Shown in pieces: positions 60,051-64,000 of a stretch of DNA of 64,000 bases. The stretch comes from Oopsacas minuta (Eukaryota; Animalia; Porifera), in contig JAKMXF010000310.1 in assembly GCA_024704765.1 (NCBI GenBank), forward strand, positions 1,282,984 through 1,346,983, in the 5' to 3' direction. The notes beneath the pieces are model-generated. The model searched no databases and was not told the DNA's origin. It saw nothing but the letters and a program-made list of their open reading frames with translations. Every line of letters begins with the position of its first letter. The stretch's first letter is position 1. The position numbers were made by a program, and so were the translations under genes.

Positions 60051-61219
60051 ATAATTATGTCAGAATATACTCACGTGTAAGTGATATCATCTGGTGAATA
60101 GGATGACTGACGTATTATGATGGCAAGCCTACCACGTGCATTTCCGTCTTTGCTATTCTTTATAGAATTCAAGATAGTGACTTTGCATAGGGCTGATAAT
60201 GTTGGTGGTCTATTCGGTTCCTGCTGGGCAGTATGCGTACATAATCTCAGGGGTATTGGCCAGGCAGAAGAAAGCCCAATACATTGTTCGATGAGTGAGT
60301 AGAGGTGATGATTTTGAGAAATCTCTTCTCTAAGTGTGTATGGACCATCGCTACATCGAATAACTGCAGAGGCCTTCTGACTTTGGCTCGTGCGATTAGT
60401 GTGCCCTTTAGATTGTAAAGTTCCCATACTGATAACCTGGTTATTGCTTAGAGCAGTCCGTAATATTTTAGGCTGCTTGTCTACAATATACTTCCAAGTG
60501 AGGTGGCTAGAATAATTGGAGTACACCGTATAAGCATATATCTGTTTAGAGCTATACATACATTTGCATATGTAGCATTGTATTTGTATATACGTTATGG
60601 TTGTATATACAGAAGTGACCTGCGAATGCGAAAGGGTGCTGTTGTGATTGTGTTGATGAGGATCACAATAATGAAGAGAAGCACATAACACCTCAATTTA
60701 TAGATTTTACATTTGAAAGAAAATCTGTACACAGATAGTCTTCTATTATGTCAACTATGTTGCTATTATTAGATATTTATCACATTGCAATATGTCAGCT
60801 ATACGAAGATGCAGGATAGAAGAACCTTCTATGCGATTCCCAATGATGTTTATACAAATGGCATCCATTGTAAATGAAATACACATTTATCACTGAGCTT
60901 GGCTCATTCTCAGTCTTTCAGTTTGACCTTCGGGATATCAGGATGAATAATAATATTGATTTCAGGGATTAAATCTAAAAATAGACATATGCTATCCACC
61001 ATTTGGCTGATAATGGTCAGGCGCTTCACGATAAATCAAATCATTATAAAACTAATCGAAAGAAAAGGAATAACCTATAAGAGAGAGGTACAGTCTGTTA
61101 CATAATTATTTGGAATCAAGGATCAGTTTATCATACGATCGGATTTACTCTTACACAATACTAAAATTGACTAAAATATTCTCAAGAGGTGCATAATCAA
61201 TATTTAATTGGTAGACCCN

Positions 61220-62562
61220 GAGAGTTACACATAAAATGGTACAGGGAAAGGCTCTAGAACTCTATGCTGGAGAAGAAGAATCCTTCGTAGCAAGTCGCGG
61301 TTGGCTACGGAACTTTTTTGGTAGACACAATATTACTCTCAGGCGTCGTGCTACAGTTGGACAAAAGATTCCTGAAACAGTCATTCCAAAGTTGATGAAT
61401 TACATCATCTTCGTATGCTCGCAAATTCTACGTAATCAATACCAGCTTTCCCATATCGGAGCCATGGATGAGACTCCAATATGGTTTGGCATGCCTGCCG
61501 ATACAACTGTCGATTTCGTGGGACAGAAATCTATCCCAATTAGGACAACCAGCCACGAAAAGTCCCACATTACTGTGTTGTCTCGCTGCTAAAGCAAATG
61601 GCATTAAACTACCCCCATTTATTGTTTTCAAAAGTAAAAGACGTGATCGTGATCTTAATGAACTCAGTGGTGTTGTTTGTGTTATGAGTAGTAATGGATG
61701 GATGGATGAAAAGTTGACCCATGAATGGTTACAAACTGTATGCGGAGGATTATCATTCGGGCGGAGACTACTTGTTTGGGACAGTTTTAGATGTCATATC
61801 CAAGATAGGGTCAAAAAAGAGGTTGCAAGGCTGAAAACTGACATGGCAGTTATTCCTGGAGGATGCACCGGTCTGATCCAAGCGCCTGATGTGTCCTGGA
61901 ATAAGTCCTTTAAAGCTGCTTATCGTGAGCAGTATGAGCAGTGGATGAGTGAAGGTGAGAAAGAGTACACACGTGGTGGTAACATGAAAGCTCCTACTAA
62001 ACTTTTAGTAGCCTCGTGGGTCAAAAAAGCCTGGGAACCCTTATCCACAGAAATCATTACAGAATCTTTCAAGTCGTGCGCAATTTCAAATAGTATTGAC
62101 AATTACAAAAATGATAAGATCACAGTTATTAAAGAGGATAGGATACTTTTCAGCAAGCGTGATGAGCTAGTTCAGAAATTAGAAGAACTGACCATAAACA
62201 ACGGTATGGATGACAAGTCTGAAAACCCGCACGAACTAGACTTTGAACAAGATGAACTAAATCAAATTGTTATCCTAGATGACGAAAATTTGTGTGAGGA
62301 GGTCCAGGATGATCCTTATAAATGCACTACATAGTTACGTAGCTTTTATATAGTACTAACTTCATCAATGTATCATTAGATACTACCTATTTAATTAGTG
62401 AAAACTAATTTCTATCATCTTCCTCAAAATAAGGGGCCTGGAGTTTCATGTGCACGAAAAAATAAGCGCCGAGGCTTGATTAAGCACCAGTTTGAATAAG
62501 CGCCGGGGGTTTCACATGCACCAAAAAAATAAGCGCCAGGGCGCTTATTCAGGGAAATACGG
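61220..62562 (+). mobile_element. pogo-type (DD35D, POGK/Passer-like) element, 5'-truncated at the N at 61219
   Basis: Right end ...GCGCTTATTCAGGGAAATACGG-TA with AATAAGCGCC subrepeats. Transposase 61236-62334 with CENP-B HTH (ASRGWL), MDETP, WDSFRCH...QAPDV (35 spacing) and one frameshift near 61575. Confidence 0.9.
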
Positions 62563-62805
62563 TAGCTTTCAAAATATTCCGTTTGGTTGGAGCGTAACTG
62601 ATACAATCTAAATAATTGGTCGCAATGATCATGTACCTATGGTCGAAATCACAAAGAATGGCAGTAGCACCACTTATTGCACGACATTCACATTATAAAA
62701 GAATCAAATATATTTATCATTTAGGGTTTGAAACCTGATCCACTTCTCGAATAGTTGAACATCATGACCTACATTCAACCGAATTCCACTACAGTTTGTT
62801 CCTTC

Positions 62806-62950
62806 GTATACTTGAAATGTTTGTTCTATCCTCAAATCGGTGTCATGGGAGTGTGTGTTCGTTCTTATATTTGAAATGTTTGTTCTATCCTCAAATCGGT
62901 GTCATGGGAGTGTGTTAATTCTTATATTTGCAATGTTTATTTCCAATCTC
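62806..62950 (+). repeat. ~61-bp tandem repeat, about 2.5 copies
   Basis: TTGAAATGTT(T)TGTTCTATCCTCAAATCGGTGTCATGGGAGTGTG repeated. Confidence 0.85.
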
Positions 62951-64000
62951 AAAGGGGTGTTGTTTCTATGTCTTCCCCTACTTTCTACCTTCTTATAGAC
63001 ACTACCAGAATTTCACAATCCAGTTTACACTCTCAAAATTCTTTCCAATTTTGTGTTCTTTCTTTCTTATTTTTCCCTAACTACATCATCGGTTGTAAGT
63101 ATGTTGTTTTTGCATTTCCTGCAAGAGTTATTCTATATCTTTTGTAGTAGAATTTGCGATGTAAACTGGACTAGAACTTTTCTGATCTTGGTTTTCAATC
63201 ATGATAGAGCATTTCTATAGCCCCTATTGTGTTACTTTTGTCAGAATCCCAGCATTCCATTTCCCAGGGCTGTCATCACTCTATTATCCATCACATTTTA
63301 TTGTTCGTTGGCTTGGTTATTCCTTCTGCCACAATCATTTTTCAATTCTCAAGGACTTGCCCTAATTGTGGCTACTGATAACTGATTATTTGTACATCTA
63401 TCAAGTTAATACATCCCTACCCCTAAACTACACTTCTCTGATATTTCCTCACAATCATGTCATATTTATTCATTGGGGACTAAATTCCATCTTTTCTTCG
63501 ATAGCCTCGAATATATTTCAATCTAATTTGCTTGTTTCTTACAATTTCGTAACAAGAATATCCGAACACTTCAAGCACAAACTTTTTGTTGTTGTGAGAT
63601 TGGTTAGAGACTTTACCTATTCTATTGTTGTGTTGGAAAATTCCTCAGCGTCTATCTATGAGTGTGCACATTGTGGAAACCGACTCGCAATCATAGTTGG
63701 CGTGAGCTGTTTTATGGCATCCTGTTACTACCTGTAACATTTGGCACTATGGGCAAAGATGCAGGCCATGTGGTATCGCATTATGAATTGTTTGTCAATT
63801 CTGGGTAGTCTTGTCATAATTGTTTGGGTGGAATGTTGAATAACATAATATGGTCAACAATATTTATTATGATTGAAATGGTTAATCTTATCTCAATTGT
63901 GAAGCATGTGAATGTTTTTGATCCTCCTTTAGTATTTTCTTCACCCACTTTTAGATGTACATCTGTCTTACCGAATATTTCTATCATTTTTTCGATATAC

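Noticed and set aside
62899-63800. Hydrophobic ORFs suggesting membrane proteins
   Set aside because: Low-complexity T-rich strand bias, non-ATG starts and no motifs; possibly the antisense of an unidentified decayed element.
63871-64000. Direct duplication of 53376-53507 as a biological segmental duplication
   Set aside because: The first copy begins exactly at an N and the second is cut by the window edge, so a dispersed repeat or assembly overlap cannot be excluded. It is kept only as part of the inverted-repeat finding.

Overview
AT-rich eukaryotic (probably invertebrate; species not determinable) genomic window made almost entirely of nested and decayed DNA transposons. No host gene, RNA gene or CRISPR array is confidently identifiable. 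Recognisable groups: four DD34D mariners, two DD37D maT-type elements, one DD35E Tc1-like element, two pogo/Tigger elements, an intact hAT plus hAT remnants and MITEs, two Mutator-like (MULE) elements, an intron-containing Ginger1-type element with an OTU domain, and a probable piggyBac remnant. The most notable system is a RAG1-core/Transib-like family. It comprises a full-length decayed element (1331-5595, split by a mariner), a second diverged transposase remnant (~31420-33170) and a 2-kb non-autonomous element with a perfect 5-bp TSD (12283-14277). Five termini share a bipartite architecture: a CACA(G/A)TG heptamer, a variable spacer, then a TGGAAAT(A/T)G box. In both complete elements a 10-nt-spacer end is paired with a longer-spacer end, reminiscent of RSS asymmetry. 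All calls come from manual reading and motif recognition; no database searches were run. Two N bases (53375, 61219) mark possible assembly joins.
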